Position numbers and translations under genes: made by a program
In this document: positions 11,901 to 23,850 of the stretch, piece after piece
Position numbering within the stretch: position 1 is the stretch's first letter
Layout of the letters: every line of letters begins with the position of its first letter
From: Centruroides vittatus
Taxonomy: Eukaryota
DNA length: 64,000 nucleotides
Direction of reading: 5' to 3'
NCBI RefSeq assembly: GCF_030686945.1
Contig: NW_027122668.1
Location: forward strand, 60,099 to 124,098
The notes under the pieces: generated by a model
Database searches by the model: none
Told to the model about the DNA's origin: nothing
Seen by the model: only the letters and a program-made list of their open reading frames with translations

Positions 11901-13210
11901 CCCTAGATAACTAAACTTAATTCTCAGTTACATTATAATTACACATTTGTCGAGCAGACCAAGCATTAAAAAACATTAATATCAAAAAAAATTGTTTAAT
12001 AAAAATAGGAACTTGTTACATGGCACAATAGTATGGGTAAGTAGGAACTAAATAAGAACAAAATATTTAGGAAATAAAATTATACACAGTTGCTACTTAT
12101 GTTTACATTATGGGGCTGCAAATTGCATTCTTGCATTTCTTGCAATGGTGTTTTGTCATTCGTCGAGCTTTCGATGGACATAAATAGCATATTTTACGCA
12201 GATTCAACATAGAATGAGTAGGAGCTTCTACACTGGGCACATCACCTAGAATATTTTGAATCATGGTTCTGATATCACGCCTCAAATTCATCGTCTGTAT
12301 CTGCTGTTGTAGCCAGAGCTCCATGAGTTGGTCTCCCATCTTCATAAAGAAATCTTGCCAAGACATCGGATTTATTTTTGTTTCTAATGTTATTAGAGAC
12401 CTAGGTGTAGACAACCACTTAGGTTCATTTTTTCCATATAGAAATCGGGTAGTTGGCTGGAGAACACGTGGATTGCTATTAAGAGTATTTGAGTTTTGAA
12501 TCTTATTTACGCTGATATTCTCACCTTGAGAGTCATCTGATTTTATTTGTGTTCTTTGCCTCTTACTAGGTCGTATGTGATCGTCGTCAGACTCCGAGGA
12601 TCTACTCAACAAATCGGATTCACTGCTAGTGTGCTAGTGTATTTCCTCCTCTAAATTATCCTCAATTTCCCGAAAATGATTCGTCAGATTCCTCCCCATA
12701 CTCGTCTTCCGTTTCTGAATTAATCCATTGTTTTATCTGTTCTTCTTGTCTCCTCAAATCCATCTAAAAATAAAAAACATAGGATATGAGAATAATAAAA
12801 ATATATATATAACAAAAACGAAAAAAAAGACGATCATTGTACCAAAAGTACACATTATATCGCCAGTCTTCAATTATTTCATTAAACATATACTCAAATA
12901 GATATAATTTATCCTGAATATATAAAAAAAACATTCTGTACCTATAAAACAATAAAAATAAATGTAATGTACTGTACATACCTTTGCAACAAAGTTACGT
13001 AGTAACTAAACTTTCATCGAGCAGACAACAGGGATGGCCATAAGTCAATTTCTAATTGACGTGTGAACACAATTGCATTACACACTGCACTGTTTATTCA
13101 AATTATTAAGGTAGAAAAAGAATGACCGGAAAAGGGCACGGCGAAGTTTGTGAACTTCACTTTCGAGCGGAGGTGCGTCGTCGTGTGGACAAATGATTAG
13201 TTATCTAGGG
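11901..13210 (-). mobile_element. Internally deleted piggyBac-like DNA transposon (non-autonomous, 1310 bp) with intact TIRs and TTAA target-site duplication
   Basis: Left end is TTAA|CCCTAGATAACTAAAC, right end is GATTAGTTATCTAGGG|TTAA. These are perfect inverted termini of the CCCTAGA type, flanked by TTAA on both sides (11897-11900 and 13211-13214). The internal ORF has piggyBac N- and C-terminal homology. Confidence 0.8.
12103..12612 (-). CDS. Remnant piggyBac transposase ORF (N-terminal acidic region fused to the C-terminal Cys-rich domain; DDE core deleted)
   Basis: 169 aa. The N-terminus SESDDDH...RFLYGKNEPKWLSTPRS resembles the piggyBac N-terminus (..RGKNKHCWSTSKS..). The C-terminus CYLCPSKARRMTKHHCKKCKNAIC matches the piggyBac CRD (CTYCPSKIRRKANASCKKCKKVIC). 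No catalytic domain lies between them. Confidence 0.7.
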   Translation of the reverse strand: MLSRSSESDDDHIRPSKRQRTQIKSDDSQGENISVNKIQNSNTLNSNPRVLQPTTRFLYGKNEPKWLSTPRSLITLETKINPMSWQDFFMKMGDQLMELWLQQQIQTMNLRRDIRTMIQNILGDVPSVEAPTHSMLNLRKICYLCPSKARRMTKHHCKKCKNAICSPIM

Positions 13211-13729
13211 TTAAGTTTTTCCCCTAAATTTGACAGAACTACATTGGTATCACTGCCATATATATATCAAAACAAAATGCAAATGTATTGTTGCTTTCTA
13301 TACATATTTCTACATATTCCTTTTCCTAATTTAAATATTCTATTATTATTAACAAAAATATAATTTTTGTAATATTGTACTGTGCTGTTATTATTCAGAA
13401 TATACATAAATATATTTTATACATTTCTGCCTGAAAAGGTGTAGGTGTATGCAGCCAGGGCCCCAAGAAAATGGAGAGTTGTCGATACAAAGCCGATTTT
13501 TGGGCCCCCTTTCAGAGATCCTGCTTATACAAATAACGTAATGATATTAGCCCGTTCATTTTCATTTGACCAAGTTTTAACCCAGCATGAACGTTTTCAC
13601 TTCGTATATTCTCACCAGCTATAACAAGATTATCGCCTTTTTTCTTTTATTCATTCCAGAAAAGGAACTGCTTGCCATTTTAATAAGAAAAGTGACTAAA
13701 ATTCCGTAAATACTCTGTAAATTGTCGGT

Positions 13730-13744
13730 AAACTCGCGAAAGTT
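13730..13744. repeat. Target-site duplication (left copy) TAAACTCGCGAAAGT of the LINE insertion
   Basis: Identical 15-mer at 14597-14611. Confidence 0.75.
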
Positions 13745-14596
13745 TTATTAAAGTTTAAATATATACATCACTTAGATGATGATAATCATCTATTTTCATA
13801 CATAGCGTATCTGACAGCATAAGAAACACATATACATCGATTAGGTCTATACATTATTATTCATAACTATTTACATTTACTGTTATAAGGTAAAAGGTCT
13901 GTACATTAGTATCACATTATTAACATTTACATAACCCAAGCCAACAAACTCCATCGTGGAGTGCTAGGGTTAACCCTAAGAAAAGCAGATAGACATGAGA
14001 CAAATTGTCATTCATCATTAAAGATGAACTCCTCACCATTATGTCTCCATATATAATCTTCCGTCCCCTTGTAATATTCCTTCCACTCATTTTCACTTAA
14101 TGTCTCATTATCATACTTAAGTTTTAGCTTCGCTTCCTCTCTTATTTTGTTAATTATTATTCTAGAGCTAATTTTTCTTTTATCGAAAATTGCTAGACAT
14201 CTGGCTTTCCATAAGTGTCTTTTCGTCAGTCCAACCATCCAGTTCATCAGATACGAACTTTGATTTCTTATTTTATAATTAATTTGATACTTAATATTGA
14301 TCCACTCTAATTTTACCCTACAAATACGATTTACCCATGACCATACCGATCTCGCAGGGTTACATTCATAAAAAACATGGATAATTGTCTCATCCCTTCC
14401 ACAAATAGAGCATCGAGCATTACGACGCCTGTGGTATCTACGTAAATAATCTCTCGTCATTACTACATTCAGTAGAATTCTCCACGATGTCTCTCTCCAT
14501 TCAGATGGTAGTATATTAATATTTTTCCATACAGCAATCCAGTTTATATACTTATCCTTCACACTTTCACTAGTGCATTGTTTGAACAAATATTTA
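13745..14596 (-). mobile_element. 5'-truncated non-LTR retrotransposon (LINE) 3' fragment, ORF2 C-terminal zf-RVT-type (C-terminal zinc-binding domain of reverse transcriptases) tail
   Basis: ORF 14008-14589(-) carries WRILLNVVMTRDYLRRYHRRRNARCSICGRDETIIHVFYECNPARSVWSW (zf-RVT CCHC pattern C..C..ET..H.F..C). The element ends in an A-rich tail (..TAATAAAA) on the minus strand. It is flanked by a perfect 15-bp direct repeat. Confidence 0.75.
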
Positions 14597-14611
14597 TAAA
14601 CTCGCGAAAGT
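14597..14611. repeat. Target-site duplication (right copy) TAAACTCGCGAAAGT
   Basis: Identical 15-mer at 13730-13744, bracketing an 852-bp insertion. Confidence 0.75.
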
Positions 14612-15304
14612 AGTCAAAAGCAAACAGAAACACGCGTTTTCGACTTGGAACACCCACGAACAATGTGACCACGAGAATACGCGCGCGACTCAGTCGCGGT
14701 CGCCTGTGCGGCTATAGTGTGACCATGGGACACGTGCGATTAATTTACTCGTGTGTTGAAAAAGTTAAAATATATATAATTTATTTTTTATATCAAACTA
14801 ATTTTTAAATTTTATTTATAATTTTGAAAGTGGGGTTATTTCGTTTTCAATTCTGAATCAATTTCTATTAATTTTTGGCTCCTAATTATGCCCGAAAGAG
14901 GACGCTGTAGTAGATGTAAACACGTGTTTATACACGTGTAAGTTCAAATATTTGATTCTTAGTTAGTATTTAAACGTCTTAAATATTGGCGTAGCCAATT
15001 AAATTGAATAATGCAATGGTGTGGAACGTGAAATTTCTTTAAAAATCCACTTGCAGCCATCCAAAACATAACGAAAATGACGAATTAAAAGTATATAAAT
15101 GCAACAAACTCTAGAAAATTGCAATATATCCTGTTGATAATTATCTCTGCAAAGCTTTTCTTATAATTTTATATAGTAAGATAACTTATCAAATTAATTA
15201 TCATTGAAAATTTGACCTTGATAGTTTGACTTAAAATTCAACAGTAATCTAATCTTGTTAACTGTCTTAAATTCCAGCTAGGAGTTTTAATAAAAATAAC
15301 CAAA

Positions 15305-15385
15305 ATGGCAAGTGTAATAGAAACTCTTAAAGTCAAAGATGTAAGATTTCCCACATCTCTTTCCTCAGATGGAAGTGATGCAATG
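15305..15385 (+). CDS. ENOSF1: ENOSF1-like (L-fuconate dehydratase / mitochondrial enolase superfamily member 1) exon 1
   Basis: Translates to MASVIETLKVKDVRFPTSLSSDGSDAM, matching the ENOSF1 N-terminus (VRDVRFPTSL..GADAM). GTAAGT donor at 15386. Confidence 0.85.
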
Positions 15386-15450
15386 GTAAGTTTATGTAAT
15401 TTAATAATATTATTACACTGTAATTTTAAATGACGCTATCATTATTTTAG

Positions 15451-15553
15451 CATAAAGATCCAGACTATTCTTGCGCCTATGTGATATTGATTACAGATAC
15501 AAAATTAGAAGGACATGGCTTTACATTTACTTTGGGTAAAGCTACAGAAGTAG
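15451..15553 (+). CDS. ENOSF1: ENOSF1-like exon 2
   Basis: HKDPDYSCAYVILITDTKLEGHGFTFTLGKATEV matches human HTDPDYSAAYVVIETD..GCGITFTLGKGTEV. TTTTAG acceptor, GT donor, phase consistent with exon 3. Confidence 0.85.
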
Positions 15554-15627
15554 GTGTGTATTTTTTATATGTTTTTATAGATTTGTTAGTTGCAAATTTT
15601 AGATATTCAAAAATGTTTGTCAAATAG

Positions 15628-15743
15628 TTGTATGCTGTATTAATGCCTTAACCCCAATTGTTGTTGGAAGAAATTTGAATGATATATTTTCAAATTTTGC
15701 TGGATTCTGGAGAGAACTTACTAGTGAAAGTCAGATGAGATGG
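15628..15743 (+). CDS. ENOSF1: ENOSF1-like exon 3
   Basis: VCCINALTPIVVGRNLNDIFSNFAGFWRELTSESQMRW versus human VVCAVNAL...FYRQLTSDGQLRW. AG acceptor, GTGAGA donor. Confidence 0.85.
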
Positions 15744-16355
15744 GTGAGAAAACTATGTTCATTGTATCGTGTAATTTTTTAAGATTTATGTTATTTTTCT
15801 CTGGAAGTAATATGAAACGATTATAAAATGATTTGTTTATTGAAACTTCATTAAATTATTCAATAATAAATAACATGTTAACAGTAATTGTAAATTGTTC
15901 TGCCTCACTTCTATTAGATACTTATATTTTTCACATAGAACAGTGGTTCTCAATTGGTATGCCATGGTACTGTACATTGATTGCTATCACTATAACCTTT
16001 TAAATTCTAGCAACATATTTAAATTAATACAAAACTGATAATGTTTTTGATAGTTTTAAAAATGATCTTCATCAGGCACATTCAACAAACTGATAATTCA
16101 AACAACAATTTGGAATTCCATTCAAAATATTTTTAACTACAATGCTATTGGGTAAAAAATCTTGATGTGGTTTATATTAAAACGCATACAATAGTAAATT
16201 TGTGTTATATGTCAACGTACATTAAAAAGCAATAATGAAGTCAATCAAAGGAGACATATTTACAAGTCTTTATACTAATTCATAGCATATTTTCCTGCAC
16301 ACAATATTGAACAAGTGTCTTTATGGTTAATTTCCTTGCTCTGTAGAGCAGATTT

Positions 16356-16900
16356 TTAGATCACAAGCTGTTTTCTGTTTCTCGGAAGGTCTGTGTTGTG
16401 TATCTTCTGCATTTGTTTCCTTTGGAAGTCAACTGCCACATCATTTTTTACTGTGTATACTAATAGAACTGTTACCGAAAAATCACCTTTCCTTATTGTT
16501 AGCTGAGACTCCATTATCCTGATACTAATGGCATCTACCATGGCTCTGACATATTCTAATTCTTTGTTGAAGCAATGGTTGATGATTAGGATAGGATTCA
16601 GTATACTGCAGGAACACATTGTGGGTCAATTGATACCTTATTGTTCCCGATTAGTTCTTCGGGCATTTGGAATTCTTCAATAGATACACAACGTAGAGCA
16701 GTTTTAGTCATCTGCTTGTGTAGACTATTAAACGTTTTATTGTATGTCCTCCTTGAACTCATTGTCTCACTTTGGTAGTTTGTCATTGCTTTGTACAATA
16801 GAATACTTATGTATTAACCTTGCAATTGTTATAGTTGAATATCCATACTTGGATGCCAACTTTTGTTTATCAATATCCTGGAAATGGTACACCTATTGAA
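16356..16900 (-). mobile_element. Degenerate Tc1/mariner-like transposase fragment (HTH region) inside an ENOSF1 intron
   Basis: A minus-strand frame reads KLASKYGYSTITIARLIHKYSIVQSNDKLPK, which is HTH_Tnp_Tc3/paired-like. Downstream is PILIINHCFNKELEYVRAMVDAI. The reading frame is broken by stops. Confidence 0.3.
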
Positions 16901-18891
16901 AGTAACTGACACAGAAATTTAGATTGAATTGATGTATAGAATTATTAAAATAATACAAATAAATATATTTTATTGAATGTGTTTTATTAAAATTTGAGTA
17001 AATTGAAAGCATTTAATCTAATTCCATATTTGGTAATATTACTTTCCTAGCTCTTATTGGCAATCCAGCAAAAAAGGACCCCTTCCGGAATTTTACATTT
17101 TTGGGTTCAGAATGCCTTGAAACATTGAGAAATGCAAAAAAAATTATGGGTAATTGATGAGACTACGTCGCATCTCTAAAATCATGCTGCTGTCAACGGC
17201 TGCACACACACCTTAGAGGTATGAAGAAGTATATGTCAGGAGTTGCAATTTAGCACAGAGTATTTTGTGCCCAAATCATGCGCACACAAAATAAACCAGA
17301 CTTGTAGGTAGTCAGGGGACTGAGAACAGGGTCAAAAGAAAATACAAAATGCCGAGACTGTTTCTACAAACAGCTTTGAGTGCGAGATTTGTGCATATGA
17401 TGCTCATACTCTCCAAGATATCTCAAAAATGACTTCATTGTTTTACTTTTTTTTTTATGCATGGATGTTAGTATGTGTGTGGGGCAAAATTTTGTTCACC
17501 CTTTTTGAAGCTTAATAAATCCCATGCTTTTTGTCAAAAATTTCTTAAATTTGGCATGGGGGTTTGTTTATTAGGGGGATTGATGCTATTAAATTTTGGT
17601 GGTTAGAAGTCGAGGGGATGGGGAGATAATGGGGGTCGTGTGTATCTCCAATAAGGATGAACTTAATGACAATTTTACTCGTTATTATCAATTTCATATT
17701 TTCATAAAACTCATCCCTACTCTCAAAATTAGGCTTTTTGCCATTTTATAATAGTTAAAAATATAAAAAGTTTTTTAATAAAATATGATAACAGATGGTT
17801 CCACCAAATTTTAAATGTTGCTGGGAAAGTTGAGCAACTTGTTCCTAGTTTATTTTTTAATTTGGATGCAATTTTATAAACAGTAAAACCTGTCCAAAAC
17901 AGAACCTAAATAACATGAAAACCTGCCTAAATGGGAAAAATTCTTCAGAATGCAACAATTTTCTATGATAAAAAAAAAAAAGTCCATCTGAAACAGAAAT
18001 CTGTTAAACAAGAAATAATATTCAGTACCACGCGAGTCTGATTTACATAGATTTCACTGTATATTCTGTATTTTCAAATAGTTGGTTTATCCCTTTATCG
18101 TCACAATTAAAATTAATATCCAAAACTGAAAATCCTAACAGAAGTATTCAGCTTGCTATTGCATTTATTTTATTCCCAAATTTATCCAAATTATGATCAC
18201 GATTTTCACTTTTTAATTATTAAACAGAACCTACCGAAATAAACTAAAGAAATTTTTGTTTATTTTACCGTAAACACAATGCATTTAAATGTACCACATC
18301 AATTCAAATTTAGCATTATGTATTGGTAAAGATAAAGTAGTAATATCTTTACCAATGTTTACGTTTGAAAAACCACTTTTACATATTTTATGTACAGTTA
18401 AAATGAACAAAAACAAAAGAAACAAAACAACGAAAAAGAAAATCTAAATTATAGAAGATAATAATATAATTACATATTTTAGTTTGAGATACAGGACAGC
18501 TTGCGTAAACTCTGCTTAATATGATAATGACATATCGTAAATTCTAGCGTACAAGTTGACTTCAATATTTTCACTTCAAAATTCTGGTTCAGGCCTGTTG
18601 ACTCTGTATAAGTTGGCCCAAAGCGGACGGTAGGCTACTGATAGGCTAGATCTGAAATGTGGATGTGATTTTCTTTAGTTTTTAGCTAGTTATAACAGGT
18701 CCGAGCACCACCTCTTTCCACGCTACTCTATTCTGTGCTATGATTTTAGTTTCATCGCTTCAAAAATAAAGAATGATAAATATTATATAAATAGATTTAT
18801 GTATCGTTATTAATTAAACAAAATAATTCTTTTAAAAATATATTAGAATTATAAATTTTAAAATATGTATGCGCTGTTACATTTTTTATAG

Positions 18892-19005
18892 ATTGGACCA
18901 GAAAAGGGTGTTATTCATCTAGCTACTGCAGCTATAGTGAACGCTTTATGGGATTTATGGGCTAAAATAGAGGAGAAACCATTATGGAAATTATTAGTTG
19001 ATATG
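18892..19005 (+). CDS. ENOSF1: ENOSF1-like exon 4
   Basis: IGPEKGVIHLATAAIVNALWDLWAKIEEKPLWKLLVDM is a near-identical block to human IGPEKGVVHLATAAVLNAVWDLWAKQEGKPVWKLLVDM. It follows a 3.1-kb intron. Confidence 0.9.
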
Positions 19006-19074
19006 GTAAAAATCTAATTCATAAATTTTGATAATTATCTTTCATTTTTCTTATGATTTATGTTAAAAATACAG

Positions 19075-19115
19075 GAACCAGAAAAACTTGTTTCTACAAT
19101 TGATTTCAGATACAT
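19075..19115 (+). CDS. ENOSF1: ENOSF1-like exon 5
   Basis: EPEKLVSTIDFRY(I) versus human DPRMLVSCIDFRYI. ACAG acceptor, GTAAGA donor. Confidence 0.8.
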
Positions 19116-19660
19116 GTAAGAATGTTTTTTTTTTTTTTTAAAGTTTAGTAGAGATTAATCTAATTATATAATTTTAAATTTATGCGTAAGACGTTTCAAT
19201 AATCAATTATTTCAAAATAAAAGTATTGAATATGTATATCTGTTACGATTTGTTTATTATAACATTTATATGCACAAATATTGTGTAAAGTACAGACAGT
19301 CACATCTGCAAATTCACAAGATTTGTGTTTGTGAATCTAGGTTACTAGTTGCACTTTGAGTGATGGTGGGTTTGCACGTCTTCAGTTTTGCAGTGAACAT
19401 TATCTGATAACTTATAATCTTCGTGTGTTGTGTATGTCTTGTGAATACCCTATTGCAGGAGTCTCCAGCCTATTCTGAGTCCATATGAGCCATAAAAATC
19501 TGAGGGGCCAGGAACAAAAGCTCTATTGTCAGAGGTTAAGATTTTTTTATTTCTGAATAATGATAGGCATAAAGCAATGTGAAATTTTCAACTAATTATT
19601 CAAAAGAATATCAATAAAATTGAGAATAAATTTTATGGCACCCAATACTAATTACAATAC

Positions 19661-20029
19661 AGTAGAGAGTCGTTTATCTGAACACTTTCCAGTCGGACTG
19701 TGTTGTGCTGAATCGAACTTTTTTGATACTAGATTTACTTCTAAAGTATAATTTTAATGTTTTTATATTTTTCAATATATTTATTTTGTTTGTACAAAAT
19801 ATAGAAATAATTTTTAATGATACGATAGCCTCGGTTATTATTATTAAAATTTTCGTTAGGCTTAAAATCGACGAAAATTCAACACGAAGTGACACGCAAC
19901 GGAGAAAAATTTCAACATTGGACAGGTTAATATATTTTTTCGTACATAATCAGTTATCCGAAAAATCAGTTATCCAAACAACCTCAGTCCCCAGTTGATT
20001 CGGATAAACAACTCTCTACTGTACATACA
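19661..20029. mobile_element. Tc1/mariner-type MITE (TA TSD, ~24-bp TIR CAGTAGAGAGTCGTTTATC..)
   Basis: Left end TA|CAGTAGAGAGTCGTTTATCTGAA, right end TTCGGATAAACAACTCTCTACTG|TA. Confidence 0.55.
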
Positions 20030-21118
20030 TTCTCGACATAAGTTCTTCCAGAATTTAGGCATTTATTGTAATATGGCATTATTTTCTGTATTCCCTGATC
20101 AAAGAAATTTGCCACCTTGGAGTTCAATCATCCACAAATGTCATGCATCAGTTCCACATTGGACTCAAAATGCTATCCCCCAACCATACCTACATTTTTG
20201 GGAACATGAAAGTCATTCAGTGCAAGGTCAAGGCTACAGACAGGGTGATCAAACAACTCCCGTTAAAACTGTTGGAGCAATACCTGTGTGTGTGCATTGC
20301 CGTGGACAAGAACTATGCCCGAGGACAACATTCCTCACCTCTTATTATGAATCACCCATCAGTTTTTTTAGTATTTCACAGCACACCTGTGAATTATTAG
20401 TAATCTAAGGTTCCATAAAATCTGTTAGCAACACTTATCCTTTAGCAAATCTAACCTGACTGTGTTCTTCAGCTTGCAAAACGTGGATAACACCATGCAC
20501 CTCACATTTGGTGGAAACTTTGATGACGATCCATATTCCCATCTATACTGTACAGCAAGCACTTAACAAAATGTCCAACCGCACGGTCAGCCGTGAGTCA
20601 ACATATCACTGTTTATTTCTGCGCATGTGCCAGGTTGCTGCAATAAGTGATGCAGCCGTGCCAGTTTAACAGAGGTTAACTTACAAATAGACCTCATTAA
20701 ATGCATTTAAATTATTAAATATTTATTTTACAATGTTTCAATGATATTCTTCTGTTGTTGTCAATATTCACCGTATAATTTTATTTAACAACTTGAAGAT
20801 TATTGAATTAATTTGCCTAGATTCGAATCCATGTCAGAAAACTTAAAAGATTTTCATGTGTGGTCTGTCAGGCCCTGTCTCTCATCATTATTCTCCGACC
20901 ACACCATTGTGGACTTGATAGTACCCATGATGGAGATGGAAGAAAGGACTTCTTAATGATTATATTCAAAATCATTAAATTTATGCAAAATTAATTGTAT
21001 TTGAGTATAAAGTAATTGAATACTTAAAGTATTATCTGCATAAAAATTGCTTGCTTTATAAAATGTAAATTTTAAATGATTCAATAGAAGTTTTAATGAT
21101 AAATCTTGTTAATTATAG

Positions 21119-21150
21119 AACAGATGTTATAACCAAAGAAGAAGCTATAG
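21119..21150 (+). CDS. ENOSF1: ENOSF1-like exon 6 (microexon, 32 nt)
   Basis: (I)TDVITKEEAI versus human ITDVLTEEDAL. Phase matches the flanking exons. TATAG acceptor, GTAAAT donor. Confidence 0.7.
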
Positions 21151-21232
21151 GTAAATATTTACTGTACTAATTTTTTTTATATTTTAAATTGAAATATTTA
21201 CTAATATAATTAAATATATATTTTTTTTTTAG

Positions 21233-21271
21233 TTATGTTAAAAGCTCAGTATGATTCTAGAAAACAAAGAG
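21233..21271 (+). CDS. ENOSF1: ENOSF1-like exon 7 (39 nt)
   Basis: VMLKAQYDSRKQR fits the ENOSF1 ILQKGQIGKKEREKQ segment. Poly-T tract plus AG acceptor, GTAATT donor. Phase is consistent with exon 8. Confidence 0.65.
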
Positions 21272-23285
21272 GTAATTATAATAATTAAAAATAAATATAT
21301 TCTGATAAATTATATAATTAATTTTAAATATAATTATATGTAAATTATTGATAAACTAGCAGATAAGCTCGGTGTTGCTTGGGCAAAAAGTAAGATAGAG
21401 ATATCGATGATTAAGATTATTACATTATAGCCAATCTTGCCTATTTTCACAGAATGCAAGAATTAGGTCCCCCTATTTCCAGACTAATTAGAGACTTTTT
21501 ACATGGGTCTAAAAATATGTTCGATTTCTTGCAAAAATGCAAAAAACCACATCTGCACCTGTAAATCTTGCACGTCACTTTCTTTTAACACTTCCATTGT
21601 TAACACTTCTGTGAGATCCCGGGGAGGTAAGAGGAAGTCGTATCTCCCTTTCCGGCGACTCGCTTGTCAAGGATGGCTGTTATGTTGATGGCGCGTTACG
21701 CAAGTGGAGGAGGAGGAAGGATGGGGTCGACGATAAGGCAAAGCGGACAGTCAAGAAAGACGCCATTTTATAACAAAACAAGATTTATTAAAATCGAAAC
21801 GAACAAAACTACACTTCTACCCTCATATACAAAAGGGGGTCCGGAGAGAGAGAGTTTACAAATTTTTGTTCATACCTCTATAAATTTCATAATAGATGGA
21901 GTCTGGTGAATGGAGTCGTAGTCTGGACACTGGCACTTAAAAACTTAGGAACTTTTTGGGTCCGGTCGATGGCGCAGTGCACGTCGTACTGGAGAGCCCT
22001 TTAAGGGGGGAAGGAAGCACCTTTTATAGGTTTTTGATAAGAAAACCGGTCACGTGATCAACAACGGATTGCAGTTAGGGCCATGGGTGTTCCCGGGATT
22101 CAAAACAAACGACGAGCTCGGACGCTAACTGTAAATTATCGTGCAAGTTGATCTACCGACTGCAAGGGAATAATGTCTTATTGACAGATAGGGGACGATA
22201 GTTGCCAGTCAAGGGTCAACATTTTTTTGGTTATGGAATTTTCTTGATTAAGCAGTTGTATATCAGGAGTGAAATAATTTAGAAATGTAGGGGTTTAACT
22301 TCCAGATTTCACATTTCCATTCTTAACGCTTCCATTGTTAACAACCTCTCCCCGCAGGAGAATTTCGAAAAATTGTAACTTCTTTAATTTAATTTTTAAA
22401 TTATTAAATTTTGTTATTCCTTTGTTAACTAAGTGTCTTTGGTTTCATTCATGACAAGATATCCTATCACTTACTCACGTGTCTCCCTACTCAGATAGAA
22501 TTTCTAAAAGGAGGGCTTTAAGCTAATATAAATTTTTATCGTGAGTTAAACCATGTAATAATAGTTGAACTGGTGTCAGTTCTGACAAGATCGCGATTTT
22601 TCTGAATCTTGATCTACGTAAGCTCGAAAAAGCCATCCTTAGACGATAGAGATCGGATTTCGCAGATCTGTGCAGCTTAAGTGGTCATTTGGGATTCTCC
22701 CCGTGACCCTCGGCTTATCTCGCAATAACTTCAATCAAGCATGTGTCTATTAGGACTTCAATTTGAAAAAATTGTAGTCCTATAAATTCCCACTATCATC
22801 TGTCTGTCTTTCCTTAATTTTGAGAATAGTGTTAGATAAATGAAATTCAAGACTGTATGGAAAGATTAGGGGACAGGAGGCTCCAATTAACTATATCCAA
22901 TGAAACTGGAGGTTACGTTATATGATTAAAAATTGCAGCCCAGCATTGTGATGATGTCACCATAAATAAATGCTTGTTTCTTTTTATATTTTTTTCTATA
23001 TTAAAAAGAAAATTGATAAATAATTATTTTATGTTACAATAAATATTTAAATTCCAATAAGAAATAGAACTCACTGTGTGCAGCGTTACCAAATATTTTC
23101 CTTCCGAGTGCTTTCAACGAGTGTATTTTTGTCGTCTTCAGGCGAATAAGAGGAAAATATTTGGTAATGCTGCACACAGTGAGTTCTATTTCTTATTGAT
23201 ATTACTTGGCGTGAATAGCATACTAGACTATATATTTAAATTCCATTCCATAATGTATGTAAAAAGTGTATTTATTTAATTCTAG

Positions 23286-23368
23286 AGGAATATTTATCGA
23301 AAGTGGGTTATCCGGCTTATACTACAAGTGTTGGTTGGTTAGGATATAGTGACGAGAAAGTGAGGAAG
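23286..23368 (+). CDS. ENOSF1: ENOSF1-like exon 8
   Basis: EYLSKVGYPAYTTSVGWLGYSDEKVRK versus human MLAQGYPAYTTSCAWLGYSDDTLKQ. The donor is the non-consensus GTTCGT. Confidence 0.8.
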
Positions 23369-23514
23369 GTTCGTAGAATTGTATTCTTCATTTCTCTTTC
23401 AGTTTCAAAAATTTTATTAACTTTGATTGTTGGAATGTATTACATTAAATTATATTAATACTAAAGTTACTTATTCTTAATTATTTATAATTACTGGTAT
23501 TTCTTCTTAATAGT

Positions 23515-23549
23515 TGTGTAAGGAAGCAATGGATAATGGATTTACCAAG
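23515..23549 (+). CDS. ENOSF1: ENOSF1-like exon 9
   Basis: LCKEAMDNGFT(K) versus human LCAQALKDGWTR. ATAG acceptor, GTGAGT donor. Confidence 0.8.
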
Positions 23550-23641
23550 TGAGTACAATTTTAATATATTTAATTTTTTCAAATTTAAATGTTTATAACA
23601 ATTTTGAAGTAGATCTTTTGAAACTGTATTATAAGAAACAG

Positions 23642-23850
23642 GTTAAGGGTCGAGTTACACACAGTGACCGATGGGGCAGTGATATCGATAAATATCACAC
23701 ATAGCCAATCAGAGTTTCATCTGCGACCCGTGATCTGTATTCTGTCAATCATACAAGTGTCGTAGATGAAACTCTGATTGGCTATGTGTGGTATTTATCG
23801 ATGCTTACCGTACTGTGCCGGCACACTGTTGTGTGTAACTCAACCCTAAC
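23642..23850. mobile_element. MITE with ~23-bp TIR GTTAAGGGTCGAGTTACACACAG
   Basis: The right end reverse complement is GTTAGGGTTGAGTTACACACAAC. The internal region is itself palindromic (GCCAATCAGAGTTTCATCTGCGAC.../...GTCGTAGATGAAACTCTGATTGGC). Confidence 0.55.

Noticed and set aside
13963-13979. CTAGGG-TTAA-CCCTAAG as a second piggyBac element or excision footprint
   Set aside because: There are only ~7 bp of piggyBac-like terminus on each side and no further TIR extension. It lies inside the LINE 3' region. More likely a chance palindromic TTAA site, noted only as a curiosity.
19995-20408. 137-aa and 85-aa plus-strand ORFs as a possible mariner transposase tail (HDNARPH-like)
   Set aside because: Similarity to the mariner DDE C-terminal motifs was too weak and inconsistent between frames to call. 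The region is intronic TE debris next to a clear Tc1-type MITE.
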